Shown here in pieces: positions 9,104 through 18,350 of a stretch of DNA of 64,000 nucleotides; position 1 is the stretch's first letter, and the number at the start of each line of letters is the position of its first letter. Position numbers and translations under genes: made by a program. The stretch covers positions 1,888,001 through 1,952,000 of the forward strand of contig CAWGJT010000005.1 of the NCBI GenBank assembly GCA_963822965.1. Reading direction: 5' to 3'. The DNA is from an uncultured delta proteobacterium (GTDB lineage Bacteria > Myxococcota_A > UBA9160 > UBA4427). The notes beneath the pieces are model-generated. The model did no database searches. It was not told the origin of the DNA and saw only the letters and a list, made by a program, of their open reading frames with translations.

Positions 9104-10829
9104 CGTAGGCGAGGTTGCCCGAACCGTCCCGGCGCGCGGTCACCGCACCGTTGTCGTCGTACTCGAAGGTGGCGAGCAGCGGACCGTTCTCGTCGGTCTG
9201 GTGGATCGCCTCCAGCCGGTTCGCCACGCCCGTCACGAAGTAGCGCGTGCCCGCGTTCGTCGTCTCGGTCTGGCGGTTGCCCACGGCGTCGTACGTGTAC
9301 GAGACGTAGCTCGCGTCCCCGGGGTTGCCCACGAAGGTCAGGCGATCGAGGGCATCGTAGCCCCGCGCGATGCCCACCCCGTCGTCCCAGATCCCCGTGA
9401 TGTTGCCCGTGGCGTCGTGCCCGTAGGTGAGCGACGACACCACCGTGCCGTCTGCGGAGAGGCTCGTGAGCCCCGTCAGCCGGTTGCCGGCGTCGTACGC
9501 ATAGCGCGTGCGTGCCCCGCTCGACAGGATCCGATCGAGCAAGCGCCCGCCCGCGTCGTAGTGGTAGGACACCTGCAGGTAGGCCGGGTTCTCCTCTGCG
9601 ATCAGCCGGCCCGTCCCGTCGTACTGGTAGCGCGTCACGTCTCCCTGGTAGTCGATCTTCTCGAGCAGCCGGTTCGCATCGTCGTAGCTCGTGTACTGGA
9701 GGGTCCGGCCCAGGCGGCTGTCCGTCTGCGAGATCAGCCGGTCGCGGTCGTCGTAGTCGAACGTGTAGCTGACGGCGGGGTTCGTCAGGGTCTTCAGGTT
9801 GCCGTGCAGGTCGTAGGTGCGGTCCTCCTCGTCCCCGGAATCGACGTACTCGATGTGGACCAGCCGGTTGAGGTCGTCGTAGGTGTACCGGGTTTCGTGC
9901 TGATCCCGGTCCGTGCGCGTGCTGAGGTTGCCCGCCTCGTCGAACGTCACCTGCTCGGGAAGCCCCGTGGCGTCGGTCGTAGACTTCGGCCGCCCGAGAT
10001 CGTCGTAGGCGAAGCCCGTCTCCTGGTTCTTCGCATCGATGATACGAGTCTGGTTCCCGAGGAGATCGTACGCGAAGCGGGTCTCGTGGTCTTCCGCGTC
10101 GACCACGCGGATCAGCCGACCCAGCTCGTCGTACTCGCGGTATTCGGTCGCATCGTAGGAGTTGCGGAGGCTGGGGTTGGCAACGCCGTTCGGATCGATC
10201 GCGGTCTGCAGGCGGCCGCTGGGGTAGTAGCGAAAGGCCGTCTGCAGGGTCATTCCGTCCGGGTCCACCGTCCTCGTCTCGAGGTTTCCCACCGCGTCGT
10301 AGGTCATGACCATCCGATTCCCGTTCGGATCGATGGTCTCGACCAGCTGGCCGGCTGGGTCATACACCATGCGCGTCTGGTGGCCGTTCTCGTCGGTCGT
10401 CGTGGTCGGGCGATTCATCGCGTCGTACTCGACGGCCTTCCACGCCCCCGTCGGATCGGTGGCGCGCGTGACGTTGCCGGCAGCGTCGTACTCGTAGACG
10501 GTGGGCGGGGCATCGTAGGACTGGTCCGCGATCAGGCGGTCGGCGGCGTCGTACGTGCGCTGCTCGAGGGTCAGGTCCTCGAAGGTGTCGTCGGGCCGCT
10601 TGTAGCGCATCCGCCGGGCCGTCACATTGCCGTTCGCATCGTAATCGGTCCAGTGCTGGTTGCCGAGCGGGTCGGTCAGCCGGGTGACGCGGCCCAGCGG
10701 ATCGTACTCGTAGCTCGTCGTCAACGCGATCGGGGGGTCGGTCGCCGGGTCGTCGGTCGGCAGGTCCCGGCGGTAGAGGGTCTCCGTCTCCTTTCGTCCC
10801 AGATCGTCGTAGGTGAACATTCGGCGCAC
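7938..10829 (-). CDS. Rhs/YD-repeat protein with Rhs-associated core and CT1; probably 5'-truncated
   Basis: Many YD repeats, RYYDP..GRF...DP and DPKG cleavage motifs; YD-like frame continues to ~10922 with no start codon. Confidence 0.92.
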   Translation of the reverse strand: MRRMFTYDDLGRKETETLYRRDLPTDDPATDPPIALTTSYEYDPLGRVTRLTDPLGNQHWTDYDANGNVTARRMRYKRPDDTFEDLTLEQRTYDAADRLIADQSYDAPPTVYEYDAAGNVTRATDPTGAWKAVEYDAMNRPTTTTDENGHQTRMVYDPAGQLVETIDPNGNRMVMTYDAVGNLETRTVDPDGMTLQTAFRYYPSGRLQTAIDPNGVANPSLRNSYDATEYREYDELGRLIRVVDAEDHETRFAYDLLGNQTRIIDAKNQETGFAYDDLGRPKSTTDATGLPEQVTFDEAGNLSTRTDRDQHETRYTYDDLNRLVHIEYVDSGDEEDRTYDLHGNLKTLTNPAVSYTFDYDDRDRLISQTDSRLGRTLQYTSYDDANRLLEKIDYQGDVTRYQYDGTGRLIAEENPAYLQVSYHYDAGGRLLDRILSSGARTRYAYDAGNRLTGLTSLSADGTVVSSLTYGHDATGNITGIWDDGVGIARGYDALDRLTFVGNPGDASYVSYTYDAVGNRQTETTNAGTRYFVTGVANRLEAIHQTDENGPLLATFEYDDNGAVTARRDGSGNLAYGLTRNDRGQVASATGPFGTSQYAYDPRGYRVRRTAGGAVQQYHLEGEHLESIYDGTGSLQAKFLRGSVIDEVVVGDYLDAAGRTTSYTFHHDALESVLALSGHAGSVEEKLTYAPFGGVLAQTGESPNALRYTGREFDADTGLYYYRARYYDPDLGRFLSPDPLGLGGGDVNLYAYAGNNPLRFNDPKGQCPWCVGAVVGAAIGAASGGATAYLTGGDVWQGVVVGGLSGLVIGGTLGAGTTYVVGALGASETTAAFAGGVASGYAGGFAGSAGPQAVEYGFDQVDWSIANNSGFGGAGVAVLPSLVAASASTATAVGGEALYSLAQQQVIAATLGFYDLAAGSATNVLFSEQLTQPVPTNGAPTELGFSALSTRGGNAGLLDSPYGK

Positions 10830-10917
10830 TTCCGACCCGTCCGTTCCCGTGACCCGGATCTCCTCGACCTCCAGACCGTTGCTGCCAGGCTCGTAGGTGT
10901 AGGTCGTCGTCGACCGG

Positions 10918-11349
10918 TTACCGCTCTTCGGGCGGGCTTGCGAAGTGGATCAGGTTTCCGTCCGGGTCGGCGACGATGAAGTCGTGGGCGTTCCAGGGCT
11001 GGTGCCGGTAGGGCTGGTGGAAGTCGAGGCCGGCCTGCTCGTAGGCGACGAAGAGCGCCTTCAGGTTGCGGACGACGAGGGTGGCCGAGAGCAGGTCCTC
11101 CCGCGCCCGGAGCGCCGGGTCGAAGGCGGGCTCGTCCACGTGGCGCAGATTGAGGCCGGCGCGGTCGCGCACCACGAGGCCGTAGTAGGGCGGGTCGCCG
11201 TACAGGTACGCGACCTCGAACCCCAGGCGGTCGCGGTAGAAGGCGACGGCGCGCTCCATGTCGGTCACGAAGACCTGGGGGTGCACGCCGAGGATCTCGG
11301 GGGTGTCGGGGTCGGGGGTCGGCTCGCGTTCGTTGCGGTCGATGCTCAT
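10918..11349 (-). CDS. VOC/glyoxalase (bleomycin-resistance) family protein
   Basis: FVTDMERAVAFYRDRLGF...QPWNAHDFIVADPDGNLIHF. Confidence 0.85.
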   Translation of the reverse strand: MSIDRNEREPTPDPDTPEILGVHPQVFVTDMERAVAFYRDRLGFEVAYLYGDPPYYGLVVRDRAGLNLRHVDEPAFDPALRAREDLLSATLVVRNLKALFVAYEQAGLDFHQPYRHQPWNAHDFIVADPDGNLIHFASPPEER

Positions 11350-11477
11350 CTCGTCCAGGCTCCTCTCGAGCTGCGTCCAGTCCGCGAGGTGGCGCTCGCG
11401 CGCGACCCCCTGCTGGGCCTGGGCGAGCGAGAAGGGACCGTTCGCGGCCGGGCATCTGGTCCCGGCCGTTCGCGCAA

Positions 11478-11849
11478 TCAGCCCTTCTCGAGCGCCGCCA
11501 GGGTCTGCTCGACCTTGCCGAGGAGCCCCGCCACCCGGGGATAGCCCGCGTACTGGGCCAGGTGCACCAGGGTCTCGCGCACCTGCTCGGCGTCGAGCTC
11601 GCCGTTCTTCACGGCGGCGCGTACCTGGATCGCGTAGGTGTCGGGCTCGCCCAGGGCCGCGATGGCCCCCATGGTGAGCAGGCGCCGGTCGCGCTGGGAG
11701 AGCTGCGGGCGCGTCCACACCTCGGCGAAGAGCTGCTGGATCATGTTGTCGAAGAACGCCATCGCGCCGCGCGGCGGCGCCGGCACGTCGCCGCAGTACA
11801 CCTCGTTGAACTTGTCGATGCCCTTCTGGAAGCGCTCGTCGTCGGTCAT
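11478..11849 (-). CDS. Carboxymuconolactone decarboxylase family protein
   Basis: EVWTRPQLSQRDRRLLT...HLAQYAGYP. Confidence 0.85.
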   Translation of the reverse strand: MTDDERFQKGIDKFNEVYCGDVPAPPRGAMAFFDNMIQQLFAEVWTRPQLSQRDRRLLTMGAIAALGEPDTYAIQVRAAVKNGELDAEQVRETLVHLAQYAGYPRVAGLLGKVEQTLAALEKG

Positions 11850-11919
11850 GTGCCGTCTCCTGGAATCTCGAGGGTATGCGGTTGCGGCGCGCGCGACGTA
11901 CGCCGCTGGCGCCGGTGCT

Positions 11920-12903
11920 TCAGCCGGAAGCCGGCCGCACGCGCGGGAGCACCTCGTCCACGAGCAGCTCGAGGCTCTCCCAGGCCAGGCGCGGCGGCAG
12001 ACCGCCGCACAGGGGCTGGGCGAGGAAGATGCCGTTCTCGCGCACGTGATCGACGGCCTCGTCGGCGCTGAAGATGCGATACGACCCGTTCTCGGAGCGC
12101 AGCTCCTCGACGCTCGACGCCACCGACTTCGTCGACGCTCCCGCGTCGCCGAGCCACTCCGCGTACAGACGCGCGTCGTGCAGCAGATAGGGTCCCATCT
12201 CGGCCCACGCGCGATCGGGGTCCCGCGCCACGAAGGCCGACGCCACCGAGCCGGTCGGCGGGTTGATGAACATCCCGGGCTCGTGGCCGGCCTCGCGACA
12301 CGCCTCCTGGTAGACGGCCTCCAGGGCCGGGTTGCCGCCCTGGGTGATCATCCCCATCCCCAGCCGCCCGGCCCGGCGCACCGCCGCCTCGCTGTTGCCG
12401 CCCATCAGCAGCATCGGGCCACCCGGCGTCGTGGGCCGGGGCGTCACCAGCACGGGGCGACCCTGGTAGTCGAAGGGCTCGCCGGTGAAGGCCTGTCGGA
12501 TGGCAGCGAGGCATTCCTCCATGCGCCGGCCGCGACCCTTCATCTCGCGGCCGAACATCGCGTACTCCTCGGGCCGATAGCCGAGGGCGCACACGTAGGA
12601 CACGCGGCCTCCGCTCATCACGTCGAGCACCGCCATCTGCTCGGCCAGCTCGATGGGGTCGTGCAGCGGAACCAGCAGCGCCGCCACCTGCACGGGCAGG
12701 GCCTGGGTGCGGCCCACGATGCCCGAGGCCAGCACGAAGGGCGCCGGCAGGTAGCCGTCGGGGGAGGCGTGGTGCTCGGAGACCTGCACGGCCACGCAGC
12801 GGTGCTTCTCGCCCCACTCCGCCATCTCGAGAGCGGCGGCGTAGAGCTCGCCGATGGGGGTCCCGTGCTTCGGGGCGCGCATGTCGAATCGAAGCGTGAA
12901 CAT
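11920..12903 (-). CDS. LLM-class flavin-dependent oxidoreductase
   Basis: SEHH, PLHDPIELAEQMAVLDVMSGGRV, GYRPEEY motifs; start MFTLRFDMR. Confidence 0.88.
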   Translation of the reverse strand: MFTLRFDMRAPKHGTPIGELYAAALEMAEWGEKHRCVAVQVSEHHASPDGYLPAPFVLASGIVGRTQALPVQVAALLVPLHDPIELAEQMAVLDVMSGGRVSYVCALGYRPEEYAMFGREMKGRGRRMEECLAAIRQAFTGEPFDYQGRPVLVTPRPTTPGGPMLLMGGNSEAAVRRAGRLGMGMITQGGNPALEAVYQEACREAGHEPGMFINPPTGSVASAFVARDPDRAWAEMGPYLLHDARLYAEWLGDAGASTKSVASSVEELRSENGSYRIFSADEAVDHVRENGIFLAQPLCGGLPPRLAWESLELLVDEVLPRVRPASG

Positions 12904-12913
12904 GGAATCTCCG

Positions 12914-14122
12914 TCAGCTCGTCTCCGGCTCGCCTGCTCGCGGCAGCACGAAGCGCTCCCGATACTCGGCGAACTCGGCGGCGAGGCCTTCCCGCGTGAA
13001 GCCGAACTCCTCGAGGGTGTACTCGTGCGGCGCCCGCTTGTCCCGGGCGTTCTCGGCGAGCCAGTCCTCCATGGACTGCCGCGCCCCTTCCGTGAGCGGC
13101 TCGCCGAGCCAGTCGTAGACGCGGCGCGCCTGGCCCAGAGCATCGCGGTTGGCGTCGCGATAGTCCACGTCGAGGAAGCGCTCGGGCGCGTAGCGCTCGC
13201 GCGCCCGCAGACAGCGCAGCAGCCCGCCCCCGTAGCGCCGGCGCACCACGTCTCCCACCTGCTTCGGGTCCACCTGATCGCTGTTCAGCGCGTGCAGGGC
13301 GCGGTAGAAGCTCGCCGTCGACGGAATCGTCTCCAGGGGATCGCGGTGGGTCTGGATCACGCGGGCCCCCGGAAACACCGCGAAGAGCGTGTCGATGAAG
13401 CCCAGGTGGAAGGGCGCCTTGAGGATCCAGCGCCGGCCGCCGCGCCGGCCCGCCTGCTGCTTCTGCCACTGGATGAAGCGCAGCAGCCGCTCGAGCCAGC
13501 GATACGCGGGAGTCGCGTCCTGGGCATCGAGCCACGCCGCATAGCCCGGCACGTGCGCTCCCGACTCCGGGACCCAGCTCATGAACGAGTGCTCGACGAG
13601 CATCACCTCCTCGTCCGCGCCCTCGGCATCCCACGGATGGATCGAGGCCAGCACCGGCACCGCCTCGAGGGTCGCCTTCACCTCGGCGTGCGCGGCCGCG
13701 ACGCGCGGGTCTTCCCGCCGCCAGTCGCTGCCGGGAAACGGCGCCGGGTATCGCACCTCCCACCAGCGGGCCACCTCGAAGCCCGGCCCGCTGCCCAGCA
13801 GCCGGTGCAGCCGCGTCGTGCCCGTGCGCGCCAGGCCCACGATGACCACCGGCGACCCGAGGTCCTCTTCGAGGATCTCCGGGTGCCTGCGGATGAAGTC
13901 CTCGGACATGAGCCGCGTGACGAGACTGTCCACGATGCGCGCGTGCTGCGTGCCGCGGCCGACGGCGTTGAGGTTCGCCTCGCGCTCGAGCGAGTCGAGC
14001 AGCACGGCGAGGGGCTCGAGGAACGACTCGTCGCCGAAGTCCGAGAGCCCGGCCTTGCCTCGGGCCTCGTCCACCAACGCCCCGAGATCGAGACTCAACG
14101 GATCCACGTCAGTCACTGCCAC
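12914..14122 (-). CDS. Sulfotransferase family protein
   Basis: IVGLARTGTTRLH PAPS loop; WILKAPFH; THRDP. Confidence 0.88.
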   Translation of the reverse strand: MAVTDVDPLSLDLGALVDEARGKAGLSDFGDESFLEPLAVLLDSLEREANLNAVGRGTQHARIVDSLVTRLMSEDFIRRHPEILEEDLGSPVVIVGLARTGTTRLHRLLGSGPGFEVARWWEVRYPAPFPGSDWRREDPRVAAAHAEVKATLEAVPVLASIHPWDAEGADEEVMLVEHSFMSWVPESGAHVPGYAAWLDAQDATPAYRWLERLLRFIQWQKQQAGRRGGRRWILKAPFHLGFIDTLFAVFPGARVIQTHRDPLETIPSTASFYRALHALNSDQVDPKQVGDVVRRRYGGGLLRCLRARERYAPERFLDVDYRDANRDALGQARRVYDWLGEPLTEGARQSMEDWLAENARDKRAPHEYTLEEFGFTREGLAAEFAEYRERFVLPRAGEPETS

Positions 14123-14249
14123 TCCGGATCGACCGGGACGAAGGGAAAAGTCCGTCGCACGAGACGGACCGGGAGACCATAGAGTCCGCCGCAGCCGCGC
14201 GACAACCGCGCCGCCCTGCGTGGTGGGGGGGTCGGGAGCCTTGCCGTTG

Positions 14250-14266
14250 TGGCATGCCCAGTGCCA
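14250..14266. promoter_or_regulatory. Palindrome TGGCA-N7-TGCCA; sigma54-like GG-N10-GC on both strands
   Basis: TGGCATGCCCAGTGCCA between divergent genes. Confidence 0.4.
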
Positions 14267-14304
14267 TCATCTGCCGACGTGCACCCGCCCCCCAGGAGGA
14301 GCCC

Positions 14305-14763
14305 ATGCAGGTCCGAAACGAGGTCATGCCGAGCGAACCCGAGCGCATCGCCGCCATGCAGGAGCCGGGACCGAGCGGTCCCATCATCATGGTCAACCTG
14401 CTGAAGTTCCGGGAGAAGGCCCAGTACCCCGACGGCCGGGACGCCCATCTCTCGGGTCGCGAGGCCTACGCGCGCTACGGGGCCGCCGTCTCGAAGCTGC
14501 TGCCGAAGTTCGGCGGGCGGGCCATCTTCGCGGGCGACGTCACGTTCCTCGCCCTCGGCCAGGTCGAGGAGCTGTGGGACGAGATCGCCATGGCCGAGTA
14601 CCCGGATCGCGCGGCGCTCTGGGCCATGTCCACATCGCCGGAATGGCGCGAGATCGCCGTCCACCGGCAGGCGGGGCTCGCCGGCCAGCTCAACATCGAG
14701 ACCACCTACGCGTCGGGGTTCACGACCGGCGACTTCACGGGGCGGGCGCTGGGCGGGTCGTGA
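14305..14763 (+). CDS. DUF1330-like protein
   Basis: PIIMVNLLKFREKAQYPDG...SGREAYARYG...HRQAGL; AGGAGG RBS. Confidence 0.8.
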   Translation: MQVRNEVMPSEPERIAAMQEPGPSGPIIMVNLLKFREKAQYPDGRDAHLSGREAYARYGAAVSKLLPKFGGRAIFAGDVTFLALGQVEELWDEIAMAEYPDRAALWAMSTSPEWREIAVHRQAGLAGQLNIETTYASGFTTGDFTGRALGGS

Positions 14764-14820
14764 CTCTTGCGTCCGTCGCGGCCGTCGCGGCCTTCCTTGG
14801 CTCGACGCGGGGACGCGGGC

Positions 14821-15831
14821 TCACTTCACCTCGGCGCGGGCCTTCGTGAAGAGCTCCTCGAGCTGCGATCCCAGCAGCTTGCTTCCGATGGAGCGCTTCG
14901 CGCCGCCCCCGAAGCCGGTGACCTGGTCGGTCGACGTCCGGTTGGTGTAGACGACGACCGTGTGGCCACCGTCCGCGGGCAGGAAGCCCGCCACGGCCTG
15001 CTCGGAGTTGTAGCCGGTGCTCACGTAGAACTGCCGCTGGGCGACGATCCACGCGTCGCCGTCCGGAACGAGCATGAGGTGGGTGAGGACGATCGTTGGC
15101 ACTCCGTGACCCTTGAAGTGCGACCAACGCAGGATCTCCTGGGCGCCGGGCGGCTCGTCCTTCGGATACGAGAGCAGGTGGTGGTATGCGGTGGGCGCAT
15201 AGCGCTCGAGGTTCTTGGCGGCCTCGGTGGCCACGCGTAGCTCGTCGGCCGGCGAGCGCGACTTGCCGCCGCCCAGCGCGTAGGGGGCGATGCCCGCGAG
15301 GCCCTGCGCGCGGTAGGCCTCCACCCGGGCGAGCAGTGCCTTCCGCAGCTGCGCCTCCACGGCCTCCGTCGTGGCGTCCTTGCCGAGCTTCTGGAACGCC
15401 GCGATCTCCTCCGTCGAGAGGTTGACGTCGCCTCCGGGCTTCGCAGCGAGATAGTCCTTCGCGCGTGCCTTGGCGTCGGGCGCGAGGGTGAGCTTCGCGA
15501 AGTCCGCCAGCGTGGCCGGATCGGACACCACGCCGAAGGCGATCATGTTCGGGTCCACCCGATCGAGCAGGTGTCCCTCGGAGCGCTTCACCAGCTCGCT
15601 GGGCGTGACAGGCACCTCGAACGCCATTCCGGCAACCAGCTCGCGCTCCGAGGCGGCCTTGGCGGTGTGCCGGACGATCTTGCCCGACTCGACCTCGGCG
15701 ATCTCATCCGGGGAAAGGCCCAGGTCTCCCAGCAGGGTGCGGGTGCCGGGCAGCGACTGCGCGTGGGAAGCGCCGGCGCAGAGCCACAGGAACCCGACCA
15801 GCACGCCCAGCAAGATGCTCGCACGCTTCAC
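14821..15831 (-). CDS. Exported hypothetical protein
   Basis: Signal peptide VKRASILLGVLVGFLWLCAGASHA; GGAGG RBS. Confidence 0.7.
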   Translation of the reverse strand: MKRASILLGVLVGFLWLCAGASHAQSLPGTRTLLGDLGLSPDEIAEVESGKIVRHTAKAASERELVAGMAFEVPVTPSELVKRSEGHLLDRVDPNMIAFGVVSDPATLADFAKLTLAPDAKARAKDYLAAKPGGDVNLSTEEIAAFQKLGKDATTEAVEAQLRKALLARVEAYRAQGLAGIAPYALGGGKSRSPADELRVATEAAKNLERYAPTAYHHLLSYPKDEPPGAQEILRWSHFKGHGVPTIVLTHLMLVPDGDAWIVAQRQFYVSTGYNSEQAVAGFLPADGGHTVVVYTNRTSTDQVTGFGGGAKRSIGSKLLGSQLEELFTKARAEVK

Positions 15832-15918
15832 GGTCGATCCTCCCTCTGAAGTCTCGGCGGCGCTCCGGTCCACGACCCGCTTTCGGCGCCCCTCCGAAGC
15901 CTGGAGGATGGCCCGGAG

Positions 15919-16668
15919 CTACCGCTGGATCCAGCCCTGCCTTACGAACAGCTCTTTGAGGGCACCCTCGATCTTCGCGGCCGTGCGCTCTGCGTCCGCA
16001 TCGACGTTGTCCCCAAAGGCCTCCGAGGCGACGGTGCCGCCCGCGGTGACGGCTGCCGAGACGGCGAGGTTGCCGGCGGCGGCGCCGACCCCCAGGGTCT
16101 CCGCGGCCCCCGGCTTGCGGCCGCTCTTGGCCACGATGTCGAAGCGGTCGACCAGACGCTGGCCGTACGGGAAGAGCTCGCTCACCTGCACGGCCGTCCG
16201 CACGTCGCTGCGTCCCGCGCCGAGGCCGATGGCCACGCGCTCGGCGCGGTTGCCCTCGTTGATGGTCAGGAACTGTCCGACGATGGCAATCGTCGAGCCC
16301 GACGATCCCGAGACGTCGGGCACCGGACCCGTCGCCAGCTCAGCCGGCAGGCCGAGCTTCTTCACCTTCTCCACCAGCTTCTTCGCCAGCGCCTCCGCGA
16401 CCGCGTGGGCGACCTTCTGATCCTCTTCGGTGGTCGAGAGGCCCTCGAGCTTCCAGACGCCGGAGACCGTGGGGCTCCAGTCGAGCTTCACCTCGTCGGG
16501 CGACGTCGCGAACTGCGTGATGAGGATGCGGTCGGGCCGCGGCAGCTGACCGCCGTACTGGCTCTCCATCTGGATGTCGGTGCTCGCACAGCCGAGGCCA
16601 CCGAGCCCGGCGAGCAGCAGGATGCCGGCGAGCGCGAAGCCGCCGCGAATCGAATTCGAAGAGCTCAT
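15919..16668 (-). CDS. DUF4410-like lipoprotein
   Basis: Lipobox LGGLGC; INEGNRAERVAIGLGAGRS; AAGGAG RBS. Confidence 0.75.
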   Translation of the reverse strand: MSSSNSIRGGFALAGILLLAGLGGLGCASTDIQMESQYGGQLPRPDRILITQFATSPDEVKLDWSPTVSGVWKLEGLSTTEEDQKVAHAVAEALAKKLVEKVKKLGLPAELATGPVPDVSGSSGSTIAIVGQFLTINEGNRAERVAIGLGAGRSDVRTAVQVSELFPYGQRLVDRFDIVAKSGRKPGAAETLGVGAAAGNLAVSAAVTAGGTVASEAFGDNVDADAERTAAKIEGALKELFVRQGWIQR

Positions 16669-17807
16669 GTGGATCTCCTTTTGGACCGCTGCCGCGATCG
16701 GGGCCGGGGAGCATACGCGGCGGCACGCGGAATGGCTTGCCATTCCGCGACACCGGGAGGCGCCGACCGCCAGCGGTTCGGGGCGGTTCCCGTCCAGCGG
16801 CGGAAGGCGCGGGTGAAGGCGCTCGCATCCGCATAAGCGAGGATCGCCGCCACCTCGGTGAGGGGGATGCGGGTGTTCTCCACGAGCTGGCGGGCGATCT
16901 CGAACCGGGTCTCCTCCACCAGCCGGTGGAGGGTCGTGCCACGCGCCCGGAGCCGACGGTTCAGGGTGCGTCGGTGCATGGAGGTGCGGCTCGCCACCTC
17001 GGCCACCGAGCCCTTTCCCGAGAGGAGCATGGTGCGCAGCATCCGGCGCAGGCCCGCCACCAGGTCGTCGGGCATGGCGGACTCGGCCAGGGCGACGCGC
17101 CCCACAAGCCTGCGGAAGACCTCCGGGTCGGCGCCCCGGGTCGGCCGCTCGAGATCCCGCGACGGAAACACGAGAGCCGTGCGCGCCGCGTCGAACCGCA
17201 GGGGAGCGCCGAACACCTGGCGAAAGGGACGCAGATCCGACGGGCTGCTGTGCGCGAACCGCACCTCGACGGGGCGCCAGGCCGCCCCGCACAGCTCCCG
17301 CAACACGTTCGTCACGATCGCCATGGCGCCGTCACAGATCTGGTCGCACGCCTCGACCCCGGGCTGATACACCTCGTAGCCGAACGTCGCCGTGCCGCCC
17401 GCGACGACCAGCGGTGCCACGGCCCCGCGATCCCGCAGGTGCAGGTGCGCGGTGAGGTTTCCGAGGGCGGTGCCGACGTCCGGGGAGTGCCGGGTGAGCA
17501 GGCCGACGAGGCCCAGCGAGCTGGAGCCGGCCCGCTCGCCGACTCGGAGTCCGATGTGGCGGCAGCCGCTCCGGGCCACGGCGAGCGCCAGCAAGCGTCC
17601 GAGGCTGACGGCCGAGATCTCGCCTTCGGGATCGTCGAAAACCCGCCGGTCGAGGCCACTCGCCGCGATCGTCGCGTCGGAATCCAGCCCCACCTCCCGC
17701 AGCACCGCAGGCAGGTGCGCGATGGCGTCGACCCGGACGGTGCCTTCGGCCGCCGGCCAGGGGGACTCGAGTCGCGTCCGGCGGATCGGTTGGGAGGCTT
17801 CAGCCAT
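16665..17807 (-). CDS. AraC family transcriptional regulator
   Basis: MHRRTLNRRL...EVAAILAYADASAFTRAFRRWTG HTH. Confidence 0.9.
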   Translation of the reverse strand: MAEASQPIRRTRLESPWPAAEGTVRVDAIAHLPAVLREVGLDSDATIAASGLDRRVFDDPEGEISAVSLGRLLALAVARSGCRHIGLRVGERAGSSSLGLVGLLTRHSPDVGTALGNLTAHLHLRDRGAVAPLVVAGGTATFGYEVYQPGVEACDQICDGAMAIVTNVLRELCGAAWRPVEVRFAHSSPSDLRPFRQVFGAPLRFDAARTALVFPSRDLERPTRGADPEVFRRLVGRVALAESAMPDDLVAGLRRMLRTMLLSGKGSVAEVASRTSMHRRTLNRRLRARGTTLHRLVEETRFEIARQLVENTRIPLTEVAAILAYADASAFTRAFRRWTGTAPNRWRSAPPGVAEWQAIPRAAAYAPRPRSRQRSKRRST

Positions 17808-17925
17808 GGTCGTTCCCTTCGGTCGCCATTCTCGTCGAGGCGTCGCAAACTGACAAGCGCAGCCCGGCGCCATTCCGGATCATCCGCCGCGCCGAGCACG
17901 AAGAGACCCCCAAAGGAGAATCGGC

Positions 17926-18270
17926 ATGTCCCGACGAACGAAGGTTGCTGCGGTCGTCGCCGCGGCCGCGCTGGCGGCGACCGCGTGTCTCACCCAGCAG
18001 CAGCTCCTCGACGACAACCAGGCGATGGCGATGCAGACCGCGGTGAACCGCGGGAAGTTCGAGATGAACTGCCAGGACGCCACCGGCATCGTGATCTCGC
18101 GCGAGGTCGTCCAGCCCGCCCTGAACGGCCCGTTCGTCGAGGGCGTCCAGCGGGCCGAGTACACGATCGGCGTCAGTGGCTGCGGGGATCGCAAGACGTT
18201 CGTGGTGATCTGTCCGGAAGGCGGAGGAGGCTGCTTCGCCGCCGGTCCGGGCCCCTTCCACAACTACTGA
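17926..18270 (+). CDS. Hypothetical lipoprotein
   Basis: LAATAC lipobox; AAAGGAG RBS. Confidence 0.7.
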   Translation: MSRRTKVAAVVAAAALAATACLTQQQLLDDNQAMAMQTAVNRGKFEMNCQDATGIVISREVVQPALNGPFVEGVQRAEYTIGVSGCGDRKTFVVICPEGGGGCFAAGPGPFHNY

Positions 18271-18350
18271 CCCCGGGCTTCGGCCGCGACTCGGCAAGGA
18301 CTTCGGCCGCGACGCGGTCCCCCGGCACCGCGTCGCGAGAGGACCATGGC

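Noticed and set aside
8118..10979. 953-aa plus-strand ORF (and similar long antisense ORFs throughout)
   Set aside because: Antisense shadow of a high-GC coding gene; no recognisable motifs
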